DNA of 64,000 nucleotides from Trichoplax adhaerens (taxonomy: Eukaryota; Animalia; Placozoa), in contig NW_002060946.1 in NCBI RefSeq assembly GCF_000150275.1, positions 801,562-865,561 on the forward strand, in the 5' to 3' direction. The notes under the pieces are model-generated. The model saw only the letters and a list, made by a program, of their open reading frames with translations. It ran no database searches and had not been told where the DNA came from. Position numbers and translations under genes: made by a program. Below are positions 1 through 13,400 of the stretch, piece after piece. The number at the start of each line of letters is the position of its first letter. The first letter of the stretch is position 1.

Positions 1-2158
1 AGTGCACGTTGCCAGATCTGAGCCAGATGATATAGTACACTAACTCAGCAAGATTGGCATTATGTCATGTTCTGACTAGGCTGTGAACTGTATATAATTA
101 TTCTTTTTCGATATGAAATAGTACCGGCATAATTATTATTATTCATTACCAAATGAACTATTATAGCTTGATGATGCCGACTACACCATCAATTTTTTCT
201 TTTACCTGTATAGTCTATCTATATACAAGTCGTGTGCCAGCAATGTCTAATGCCAGTCTACTAAAGCTATCAATCTGCATAAAAAGCGCACAGCTGTTGC
301 AACTATATACGCGTAAATCTCCAAGAGTTACGAGTATTTTAGGAGTATACGACTCAAAAAATGATTAATGATACTGTAATTGCTAATAGATTAAATTAAT
401 TTCGTGATGCCTCTTATGTAGCAGATAAGCATATTCTTAGTTAACTGCACCTTGCACGGGTATCAGCTGCACGATCTCCATTAATAGGGTTCCCCCTACT
501 TGCGCTAGCATTTCATGCGTGCCGTACCGTAGCAATAACTTGATGTAAAAGATCTCTGCAAGCATCGGCTTTCACCAGTACTATATGCAACGCAACAGAT
601 GTTGAATTAAAATTAGTTTTTGATGAATTAAGTAACCACGGGATACACCTTGAGTAAGGGAGATAGAAATTGCATACGCTATAGAATCCCTGTTATATAG
701 CTTATTCTAATAGCGTACTACATTTACATACGCAGTGAGCCAGGTAATTCAGGAGCATGCAACCGAAAGAAAAATCAATTAGAATTATTGATATATATTA
801 ACCAGCCTTGTTATGCCCCTTCTAAAGAAAAAGTCGACATGCTTGGGCATGAATGAATCACATTACTACTTGTACTACTTGCTCCAACTCACACAAAGAA
901 TGTGGTATCTTGTTACATCAACTTCGAAGACTATCACTGAATAAAATAAAATGGGTAAAAATTTTACAATATTTCACATACAATCCTCTTGTTATACCAT
1001 GTGCTGTGTTACGATCGATTTGATAAAGGAATAAATCGAGAGGGGGTGATTATACGACAATCACTTACTGCACAACAACGACAATAGTCACAATTTATGC
1101 GCAGGTTATACAGTAGTAGATGACTAAAGAACGAGAATCGCCTGCAATATATTAGACGCTCTCTTAGTTTTATCTGTCACCTTCAATCAATTAATATTGT
1201 TACTGTGCGTAATAACTCATACGTTGCATACAGTAATATAAAATGATAACCATTTACTCTGATACAACAAAATGCCGCTGTGCTTAGGTAGACAACTGCA
1301 CATAGGCGTATCAAATACTACCATGTCACAATATCAACCAGCTGGCCTTCCAAAGTAAAAAATTTCAACCGATACATCTTTTTCAAAGTTGTTATTGTAC
1401 TTTTTAATTGCATAATCAAGAAGCCTATGATTCAGTGATGCAAAGCAAATGTTGCACTAATTACACAATTTTAGTATTATACTTGTATACTATTCATGTT
1501 AGTTATACAATTGTCGGTGAATGCTTAGTTGCATAGAGGTTGATTGATTACAAACTTGCATTTGCTATATATTCGAAATGAACCTTTACATAAGCAAACA
1601 AAAACAACAAAGCTCTACCGCAATTCAAGTTAAAATAATATTATTTCCAAATAGAGGCATCAATAGATACTCATCCTACGGTACAGTAGTACCCCCCTTT
1701 GAATCACATATACCAGAAAGATATATTCTGCACTGCTAAGTGAAACCATTTTCTAAACAAAATATAACCATTTATAACCTTAGCCTATCGTAATTCTATA
1801 CTATCAGTACAAGCAACATTGAACTTTTATATTTCAGAACCATATAATCAATATGCTGTACTGCAGCTATATATTTTTCCAGGTATACCGCTCTTCAATC
1901 AAGTGGTAGTTTATCAGACGCCATATATTAAATGCCAAATAAAATAATACATCATACGTATATTACGAAGGTATTGTATTATGGGATAAATTACATGCGC
2001 CTCCAGTCTTTATGAAATTCATTACTCTAGTTATTTAAAGCACTAAATTGACATGCTATCGTAGATGTTATTATTGTGATACTAAATTAAATTTTTATAA
2101 TTCAGTAAGATGATTACATTCTTTCTCTAAATTTATACCTAGACGATCTAGGTACAGA

Positions 2159-5100
2159 TTAATCTACTTTCACTACGGAGTAGATCTTTCTAACAAATGT
2201 GTAACACGATAAGAAGCCAACGGTACCTAAAATTGTTTTAAAAATATAAAATGAAAGGTCTCAAGATGATTTGCAAGAACCAAGAATGATTACGTTTCCT
2301 TACCAGTTAAGAGGAAGAACAGCAGCGTCATGAGTATGGTATAACCAAAAAAGAGGAAAGTACTTGCACCACCAGTAATAGATAAATTTGAAATAAAGAA
2401 GTGTATTGAATAAATGAATAGATAGATAGCTGTACTACCACTTGTTAGAAATGATCGCCACCACCAATGATAGTCCTATTGCAAAGTAGAAACGTCAATG
2501 TATAAGAGTCACACTCTTGCTAATTCGTGTACGACTGTCGTCAATTTATTAACTTATTTATCATGATACCACATGAATCAAATATATTGCAAATATTTTC
2601 CGTAATCATAGATTTTGTTAACCTCTGAACAAAGATGGAAGTAGCACAATAGAATTGTTGTCTCGGCGCATGTTACAATCAAAATAGAAAATACCAAGAA
2701 GAGAAAACCAAACATGTAATATATTTGATGTGACCTATAATTAATGGTAGCAATATTATCATTCAGTAACCATGCTATACTGTTTATTGAAGCTACATAT
2801 CAATAATTTCAACGTACTGCTTACCATAAGCTATTCATAATGAAAAACATTTGAATAAAGATACATCCAAATGGTAAGATTCCTCCCATGAGAATGCACG
2901 GTAATGGTCTAGTGAAAAATGGCTATATACGCGTAACAAAAGCATCAATATAGTCAATCGCTTATGCTATTTGATAGGAACTACCATAGAGTAATAACTG
3001 AATAGCTTACTTGCTCAGGTATTTGTCTAGGTATTTGATTTGTTCTGACAGGATTTTCGATAGTCTATAAAGTAAAAATGGATTTATTGATGTTACTCCC
3101 ATAAAACCTTACTATAATCTATTTTTCTTAAAAGAAGATAAAATAGCAACACTGGCATATTACCTTTTTCCTAAAACCAAAGAATGCTCCTACAAAAGTC
3201 AGCGGTGTTGAAACACCAAACCTACGTCGGACAAATACCAACACGATGAAATATTCCAATATTACATCAGATTAGAAATCCAGTAAGCAAGACTAGGGGT
3301 GAAAGTTTACTAACGAGTAACTATTGTAATGTGTCACACTGACCATAAAGCAATTAAGGCTATTAAAGTGCCAAAGGGAACAGCTGCAGATGATCGCCTT
3401 GCCCACATCACTAGGTTCAATAGGAAGAAGATTGCAAAGCAAACACTAATGAAAAATTAAAAGCAAGTATTTAGTGTTAAATTGGAACAGGGTGAGTTCA
3501 TATTTATTAACCAAATAAAAAAGTATTTCTTGGTAATCTTAATTTCTGTTAAATACAGTTATGTAGAATATGCATACCCAGGTATGAAAAAGGCAGTCAT
3601 GATTACGTTAGTTTTCCATTTTTCTCCACCAATTGCTGCAAATCATAATTATCAACGGTTTAATTAATATGGCTACTTTTACGCCAACTGTTTTAGCTTT
3701 GCCTAGGATAGATATTAAATTTACCTTTGTAGATCCTAGCTGAAATATATCCTGCACAACATCCCAAACAGACGTACAAAACCTACAATAACGAATAGTG
3801 TCATCAAAAAAATTACAAAAGCAGGCATAAATCTATAAATAAATACCGTAGCGCAAGTCATGAGTCCACCACGGTTAGCAGGAGATAAAAATCCCAAGCA
3901 TGCAAAAACTGTAAAGGAAAGAAAGTGCAATATTATTGCAATAACAAGAACAAGTGAAGTCATATGATTGTCTTGGACTTACACAATGTTACCACGGTCA
4001 TTATAAAAGTTTGTGATCCAGTGCCAACTAAAACCGACAGCAACATTCCTCTTTTAGGAGGTCTAAAGACATCGCCGTGAACTAATTTCCAACCAAATTC
4101 TTCTTGTGCATCTTCCTAAAATTTTTTAAAAATCATTGTAGATTTCAAGTCAATGTCTGCAATATATTAGTCTCAAATGTCAGAATAGAAAGAAACTAAC
4201 CAATGAATCCAACTGATTATAACGAGCAATATCTTTATGTAGCGTTCGTAACAACACCATAGCAACCATACCAGAAAGGAAGAGAACGATAACCACAGAG
4301 TTGATAATACTGGAGACGTTAGCAAAAATAGAAAATACCGTAAATACCATTGTAATAACACTTTAATAGTTAATCTATTATAACGGGCAAAGTACTGTAT
4401 CTCACCTGAACCACTGAATATTCGAATGGGGCATAGAATCTAGAATGTAATCCCATCGTGAGGCCCACATCTTGCTATTATCTCTCTATAAGATACCACG
4501 AGCAATAAAGATCACTTAATATGGACTACTGTCTGTCAGTTATCAATCACTAACTCTTAACCATTAGAAACTCTGAGACCCTCAGGGTTTCTATTTAGCG
4601 TCAGTGAAAAAACAAGATAATCTATCTTAATATTCCCTTACGTGAAATGACACGGAATATGTATAGACTAGGCTGATTCGATCCTTTGACTCTTCACGAA
4701 AGCTCCAGGGATTTTTATTATTACAATCAATTTTTCCTGGTTTATGGTCAATACTAGAATAAGAAATGAATTTCGCAACATGAATTACCATCAATAGCGA
4801 GATAAGGCATCGTTTGTTTACAAATAGTAACATACACATAGGTAATGTCTACATTACCTTCGTAGCTGAACTTTTGCAGACAGTAGACGAGCTCCATTTG
4901 GTTTAAGCTTCTTCCCGTCAGAACTTTCCTGTTGGTCGCCATCGTTATAAGTAATTCGTATATCGATATGATTAAAGATGAAATACTGGTTTTTGCCATA
5001 AAATTTTTCCTATAAGAGTAAATATTGTCTATAAGTATATTGCTTTGATATCATTTATTTAAAATACAGATTTTAAGCTTTCAATACTAGGAACTAACTG

Positions 5101-8100
5101 ATAGAACGCAGGCTTTTTTCCTAGCACCGTCATGGTCAACATAGCACCCGATAGGAAATCCAATTGAACAGTATCTTTTATTACCTTCCACAGGATAGCA
5201 CCAAGTAACGGGCATATTATCTATAATCCTGAAATATTAATCGTGAAAATAAATCATAAAGAAAATCGTGCCATCTCGAACAGTCATTGCACGCCAATAA
5301 TTGATTATGTGTAACAGTACATAACAGATAATTATAATTCTTTTCATCTTGAACTAACCAGTGATTCTGATAATTTTTAGTGATTCCTTTTCTTAGCATA
5401 TTTAACTTGGCTGCGTCTTGATTGTTCTTAGGATTATACTCTTTGGTACACACTTTAGAACATGTGATATTTTCTTTGAAATTGATCTGCATGTAATAAT
5501 TTGATTATAAGTATAACTAACTTAACAGATCAGGTTAAGTAGAATAATAGAATTGGATTATGAAACTTACGTTGTAAGGCGAAGGCCGAATACGTTCACC
5601 AAATAATACCTGTCGTAAAGAATATAAGGTATTATTGATGTACATTTATTTAGGTAAATGATAACAAAGTATGATGGAGTAGTATAATTAATAACGTAAC
5701 TAACCGTATTATTATCGCACTATAGTAATATTAAAGATACTATACACCAATTTTGAAAGGAACAAAGAAAGACTGAACATGGATCAATGTACGCGTAGTA
5801 CAATTTTATTTTAATTAAATTAATGATATCTAGCAAGTTCTTAATCTTAATCTGCTATATGAAGTAAATTATATGTTGATAAGCATGCATTTATGTTTCG
5901 TATTTATAGGAGTATGACTTTATGAGATGAGAGAAGTTCTATAACAAAAAAAAATCAAAACGCAGAATTGTACAGTACTGTTTAGTTACCGTATATATAA
6001 GTCGTATCAACAAGTAGGAAAGGTAGTTTGGTTTCAACTTGATAAAGAACGAAATACTAATATCTCAAATCTCACAGAAAAACTTGATATTATCTTTGTA
6101 ATATTTAGGGTAATATTTTCATGTATCAATCTGTGTCTTTTTATGTTTTAGTTAAATAAAGCGATAATCAAAAACAAGGCGATCAACGAGCAGTTAGGTA
6201 CAGAAAATAAAGGATACTAGCTGTAAACTTATAATACCATCTACTACTAAAATGAGCATTCATTTTGAACAAGTCATTCTATAAATCCTGGGAGACCTGA
6301 GTAACTCAAGGTAGGATACTCGCATTATGAAATTTGCAGATTTTTTTAATGGTAATCTACGTCTTCACCCCTCCAACGAGGAACATATGTTTACCTCTGC
6401 AAGGTATAACGAAAGTACTATAGAACTAACCAGCGATCATACCAAATAGTTCCCAATATTTTTATAGTAAATAGATTGGTGAAATAATCTTGTGAAATTA
6501 ATGGCTAATTTACCCTTAATGTAGTCGAATCGGTCTATAAACATGCACTAATAAAACTGGAATTCTTAAAAGTAGTTGTACGCTATTTATTGTATAGTCA
6601 GTTGGTGAAAATTTCAGTCTAATGTCAATAATGCTTGTTTCCTTAAACGATTTTCAATGATACATAATTCTACTCATCAATGTTCAACAGATCATAAATA
6701 ATATGTATACTGTAGTTATAATTACGTCATTTATGCAGTTGGAGTGTTTTTTGTATTTACTTCGTTAGTAACAACTGCAACTGGTAGGAATGATCGACGA
6801 GACGATTTTTAATCATCATTACTAAAATAGAAAGTTAGCACTATTCCTAAATTTAGACGAAATACAAAAAAGATACTGAAGATGTAATAATCGGACACTG
6901 TGAACTGGATACGATGGCTGCAATGTACATGCAACAGTTTAATAAGTTAAAAAGAGTGCCTACTGTACGTCAGATTTAAAGTCTACGGAATGAACTTTCA
7001 ATTGACAAGCAATAAAAGATGGCAGTTAACGGGCATAATGATCCGTAAAAGTCAGTGTCGAGTTTCTCATGGCCACTTAAAATCTCTATGGTTGACATTC
7101 TAATTCGTTATTGAAGAGGGTTAGGTTATGGCTACTTCTTATACAGAATAAAAACAATGGAAAATAGGCAAGATGATGATGTGGTGCTAATTCCAGAACG
7201 ATATAGAAGTTATTGAGATGATTGTTGATAGTGAATGCCATCAACTTATTTATTAATAAATGATATTCACCTACGGCAACTGAGTATTTATGATGATGAA
7301 AAATTATAAGGACAACATTAATATACGTAGTTACCTGTCCTAAATTTTCAACAGGAGAAGTTGTTATATTGCTACTACAGAAATCGAACCTAAAACAAGG
7401 GTATAATTAGTTCATTAATAAATTAATTATATACGTATATAAAGTTACAGTTAGTGCATATTGTCAGCAGAGAAGCCGCTTCAATATGACAATTACAACG
7501 ATAAGTAACATTGATTTTGGTAAATTTTAAAATTGAATAGCTGTATCATTGCGTAAAGCATACGACAGTATGACTGATCTATAGACTAACAAGCGGTAAT
7601 AAGACTACGATGCCTTTATTATGCACTATTAAGCTTACGATGAATATTCATAAGGTATTACAGATTCTGAACTATCCAATCGGTTCACCATAATGGGAAT
7701 GTCAGACTTTAATATTGCCATTTCATCCAAGATGAGATAGGGGATGAATTCGTTGATTAAATTACAGATAGAAAGGATAATAAAATTAATTAATACGCAA
7801 GCATTTAGTGAAAAAAAGATCGAGACAAAATAGCAGGTACGTAGTGTGTTTACAATGATTATGGTTGGTTAAATAGTGATAAAATAGCGCAACAATTTGG
7901 ATAAGTTGTAGTGAAAATCGAGTGCTAAACGAGCTATTGATATGTCTTATGGCTATTTTGTACTGTCAATAACAAGTCATCTTTTCTGCCATTTGAGTTT
8001 ACTTATGGCTATTGAGACACAGCTATGTATCAAAGATGAATGCAGTAATCTCCAAAATCAACTATTGATTTAGCACGTTCAACTTGTTATTGCTATCATT

Positions 8101-8595
8101 CTAAGTTATGATTTTATAAATTATATAGTAATGGATAGTGTATTTTCGTTCAAGGTGTCTAGAACGTATGCTAAAGTAAGAATAACAAATGGATTCATTT
8201 TCTTCCCGTGTACTAGGACAGCATCTGGTAGGTTAATAAGATTACTTTAAGGCCATTTTACTACATATTTTAATGGAGTATAGTAAGAAATGGACTTCAA
8301 TGCGTAGATAGACTGAAGTAAAATGGTTGGTATCGCTCGATAGATCCAATGATTCTTATCGTATGCTTTGGTTTCTACATTGGTTGTGTAGGAAAAGGAG
8401 CGCAAAATTGGCGTCTAACACTGGTATTCTGGTTATTTTAAAATTGCGTAAGCTTACACGGCAGGATTCGACTTCCGTTCCAATTTTACAATAAGAGACT
8501 GGAGCAATTCCTGGTAGATAGAAAGCATGGAGACTGCTTGAAAGTTGCAATAGTACGATGATACTAAGAAGCGAAGACAATCGCCATGACATCAT
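2159..8595 (-). CDS. TM9SF2: Transmembrane 9 superfamily member 2 (nonaspanin/EMP70), about 20 coding exons
   Basis: Exon 1 (8458-8595) is a signal peptide followed by AFYLPGIAP. Later exons include 7639-7706 ([15 protein letters not shown]), 7335-7389 (FDFC..PVENLGQ), 5571-5609 ([12 protein letters not shown]) and others reading [59 protein letters not shown] and DYHWWWRSF. The last exon ends [12 protein letters not shown] at 2159. A probable non-coding 5' exon has its donor near 9033 and splices to an acceptor near 8632. Confidence 0.95.
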
Positions 8596-10445
8596 TTGCC
8601 GGCCACGCAGGCAGTTGTAACACATGTTCCACTAGATAGAAAAGAAGAATATAACGGTCAGTATGGTTGAAAAAAGAGCCGTACCAATGGAGCGTTGTAA
8701 CTTGTAAGCAATATGATGATGGATAAAATGAAATGAATTATTCCACTACAGTATCGCATCATCATTCCTTGCTTTAACGATACACTATGCAATATGCAAA
8801 GAATCAAAGGATGCTATTAATATGATAAAATGAGGAGAAATTGAAGCATGTTGTGAACAAACAAGAACTGTTGAATTAGCGGCCATAGAAACTCCATGAT
8901 TGATCCATGGTGTAACAATATCATCCAATATCTACTCATATTTCCTGTAATTCTAGCTCGAATTGTATTGTAATATATTCGATACTCGTAAAGGAATGAC
9001 TTGAGTGTTGTAATGTAGAAATAGAGCAATTACCCTCAGCAATTTCTCCTTGCAAATCGCTTTTCTGAAAGACTGGATGGCAGTTTACTAATAATGCTCC
9101 AACTGTTGTCGACAAGATGGGCAGAAATAGTACTTACTATACTGTGTAGAGAAGAGACCCTTAGGACAAGTCTTATACTGTACAGTATAAGTCAGTGCCT
9201 GATTGCAGTGTATTTCTACTCTTGATTTAATCAACTGCGCAGTATCGTTAGTCAGTACCATTTGGGTACCATTTGGGTACCGATAGGGGACGTGCAGTCA
9301 TGGAGACGTGGCAGGAAGTAGAGTACACGCCACACTAGCAAAACAATGATGTCACCCGTGCTTAACTAGAAGCATCCAATAGCGACATTATTTTTGCAAG
9401 TAATGTTACGCTGGCTATAGCGTACTTTGTTGGCAACCTATAGGACTGCAAAAACAATGTCACCAATTTAGGCTTACCGTTGTACAATCAATGGCCTACA
9501 GGCTACAGTACAGAGTCCCTGCTATCAATGACATCATTTTTGCTATCCAGTCATGGCCAACAATGGTGTTATGGAACTGCTCTAACTCGATCATTTACTG
9601 TACTGCAGTAGTCCATGGTACAATATAGATCACAATAATGGTAGAAATGCTTTCTATGGAGACCATACTTTGTTTTACAGTTTATTCTGATTATTGATTT
9701 CTTACTGAGTAGTGTGGACATTCGTCGAAATCGACTCCTGTTCAGTCAAGATATGGAAATGGGTTCACTGTCACATTGTCACCGTCATTGGATGATGATG
9801 CCGGTCTGGGTGTTCGAAAATTTCCTTACTCTGCATGGGCTCATCATTGATGACAATTAAAGTAGACAAAAAGAAGTTGTTGTCAGGCTGTTATTCATTG
9901 CTCTTTGTGCAGTGGAAGTGGTCGGAATAGTTGTCTCTAGGCTGTGCTTTTCACCTATGGTTACAGGAGTGGAGTTTTCTTTTCATGGTGACATTGGCTT
10001 TGCTTGCAATTAACCTAGTATAGGCTATTATGCCAATGAGCTCAGAATTATTACTGAGTATTGCTATTACTCGGTACAGTGCTATACTGTACTATCACTC
10101 TCTATAGGGAATCATTTTGCCATACTTATTCACTATCCAATGACCTGACGAAGCCGCTCACCAAGGATTGCTGAAAATGGCGTGGCAAAAGTAATGTCGC
10201 TACGACTAGCCCGGGCCCTCCACTTACTATACAAAGCCATATAAAATGTGTCCAGACTTTTCGGACGCCCCGTACTGTAGATCTATTCCATGATTTTCGA
10301 TCTCCATCGTACCGACGTCCTAGACGTCCATGACCTAGACCAAAGGACTTAATAACGCTGTCGCACGACGTATCTCATACGAGACGGTGGAGAAGAACTA
10401 CACCAGCTACTCGACTTGATCAAAACTACAACGACCAGCTTGAAA

Positions 10446-13400
10446 ATGTTTTTTCATCATATCTACAGCCTACATGGCTTTCGTAAGTAACTCTTTCATT
10501 CTCTGCTTTTGCTCTCTATTTATCAATCTATCTCGGTGATCAATTAGAATGGAAGGTCTATTGATTCATAGAGAACAATTTTAGTCGATCGTGCATGAAT
10601 TCGACACCACGGTATGCTAGCCAAAGTGATGTCAATACAACAATTGCGATACTGTACAGTTTTCCTCTCCAGTGCGTTATATCGTCTACTCTTGTCAAGA
10701 TGGCAATAATCTTGATGATAGTCCAATCATTCAATTCTCTTATAGCAAATTTTAGCGTTATCGTTGTACAAGGATTTTACCGCCTAATATTGACTAATCA
10801 ATAGGATATGGTATCGAGGATACCTATCGACCAAGATTGGGTATCGGTCAAATCTTGATCAACTCACCCTAGTGATATCATCTTCATCATAGCAATCGAA
10901 AGTCAATTAGTCAATTTACTAGTCCATACAGCGTAGAACTGAAGGTACAATCGATTAAAAGGACTTGTAGCCAATCTTGATGATGCCAACAGATCGTCAA
11001 TGGATCAGTTTACAAGTTCATGCAGCGTAGAACTGATGGTACAATTGATTAAAAGGGCTAGTACCGAATCTTGATGATGCCAATAGATAATCAATTGGTC
11101 AATTTACTAGTTTAGAACTGACAGTTCATTTGATTAAAAGGACTTGTAGCCAATCTTGATGATGCCAATACATAATCAATTGGTCAATTTACTAGTTTAG
11201 AACTGACAGTTCAATTGATTGAAAGGACTTGTAGCCAATCTTGATGATGCCAATACATAATCAATTGGTCAATTTACTAGCTCATACAGAGTAGAACGGA
11301 CGGTTCAATCGATTGAAAAGACTTGACTGAGAAAGAGTTATAAGCAAAACCGTTGACTACTAAATATATCCATAGTAAATCAAGCCTTGTATAGATTGAC
11401 TCCCTAATAAGAATAAGCAGAGGCATAATGGGCTAGAAGAGTAATTTCATCATCATTCAATAAGTAAATATAGATAGTCAATTTACATAGTTGCTGCTAT
11501 AATTATAATGGATAGGTGACGTTCTCCTAGCATCCATAGACTGCGATTATAAATCATTGAATATGACCACCTCAGCGAAGATGGATATAGAGACTATTCT
11601 AGAGTAATTTCAACATTTATTGAACGAGTACCTTATAGCTATTTACTTGCGAACATGGTTGATGTAGGAGGCAGTGAATGTACTGCACTCGTAGTATCTA
11701 CAATACATGTACTAAAGGCTATGCCTGAAGATGGGTATTTATAAAAATCTTATTATATTTAACGTAGCCACTGGTAGTAACCAGTATTTACATCGAGTCT
11801 ACTATAGCAATTGACCATGAATAACCATGTTAATGTATTGGACAAGTAATGGACTGATAGCATCTACTAAAACTGTAACTAAAAAATCTTGGTATACCAT
11901 CACCCGTAAGAAATATTGACATAGATTTAATATCTAATACTTGCTAGGTGATGATATGCCCTAGTAGATGTGTATGGTTAACTGACTAATCAGATTGCAT
12001 AATAATCTATCATTATGGAAGTAATTTACCTAAAGATTGCTGCATGATTAGAAAATAGATATTTGCAAAATTGACTTCACCTAATCACTCTAGCAAGCAA
12101 TAGATATCATATACCGTACAGCAATGCATCGTTATTTTGTAAATACGAGTTACATTGATGTGTAGGTATGACATATATTGGGTCTGTATTCCAATTGTGG
12201 GTTTGATTCAAAAGAAATACTATCAAAATTCTGCCTAGTCTAGCCTGATTATCCTGTGAATTGTAGACAAAATGTATAGTAATTTTATGACAAATACAAC
12301 AGTATGGTTACTAGCATTCAGTTTTACTACTATCGTTGCAATAATCATAACGATGAGAAAGTTGTTAAAATGAATAATGCATATTTCTCTCAAACTGTAG
12401 TAACTTCAATTGCAATCAATAGATTTTTATTTATAGAATGAATCACTACTAGTACTTTACAATTGTGCTATCGTCTTGATAAATAAATTTAGCAGTGTGA
12501 AAGTAGATTGAAACTAATAACCCATGCTACCATCTGATCGTAATAGCTTGACTTGTCATTGCTTCAAATATATATAGGCTATGCTCCTGTTACAAAAACA
12601 TTACTTATTGTCACAACAACTACATCTCTGGCAGTAACAAATCTTTTCCCTCAATTGATGCAAAATTTGAATTTAGATCTATCCGCAATTGTGTCCAAGT
12701 TAGAAGTAAGTTAAACCTATCCAACTTCAACTATACTTTAATTGCATCATTCTAAACATGAAATGAAAATAAATGCTATAATTTATTTTGATTTTACACA
12801 GTTATGGAGACTCTTTACGTCTGCAACCATTTATAGCCGACCTATTGATATTATTTATGGTACTATCCTATTGTATAACTTTCGTTTATTTGAAAGACGT
12901 TACGGTACTGCTAAATTCTTGGTAAGTTACTTCTGTCTTGTCAAATTTAACAGCAAGCACCAAAACTATTACAATTGTATCACTATTACTTGTTTTATCA
13001 AATTTCAACATTGGCTTTATTCAACTTGTAATGGCTACCGTATTCAGTTAGGCTTTCACAAATTGCTAAGTAGACTTAGGATGGTTACACAAAATTTTTA
13101 TCTGCTATTAAGTTTTAACTTTAATAAATGAATAAAATACGATATTATAAATGTAAAAATTCAGAGGTATACCGTTTGATAGTGGTTTTAACTAACATAG
13201 AATTTTTGAGTACAGTACAAACTTTAAGAAACGTAAAATCTTGCGTAATGTTACAAAGATATAAGAATAATGCCGATGTAAACTTATTTTGTTTCTATAT
13301 TTTCATTTTCCGTGATAGTCCTATTTAATTGCTGTCTTTGGCCTTTCCTCACTTTTCCAATTAATACTGCTGATGCTATTTAAACATCAACAAACAATTA

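Noticed and set aside
1-700. Slightly GC-richer stretch with the 71-aa ORF 153..368 and candidate splice sites
   Set aside because: No recognisable protein was found in the frames examined. It may be promoter or UTR of a gene outside the window.
4565-4593. 13-bp intronic inverted repeat, with similar short hairpins near 36650 and 49085
   Set aside because: They are too short and isolated to support an ncRNA or MITE call, and have no snoRNA boxes or tRNA structure.
10900-11330. CRISPR-like reading of this array and those at 22130 and 23976
   Set aside because: The units are similar along their length with no unique spacers, there are no cas genes, and the context is eukaryotic.
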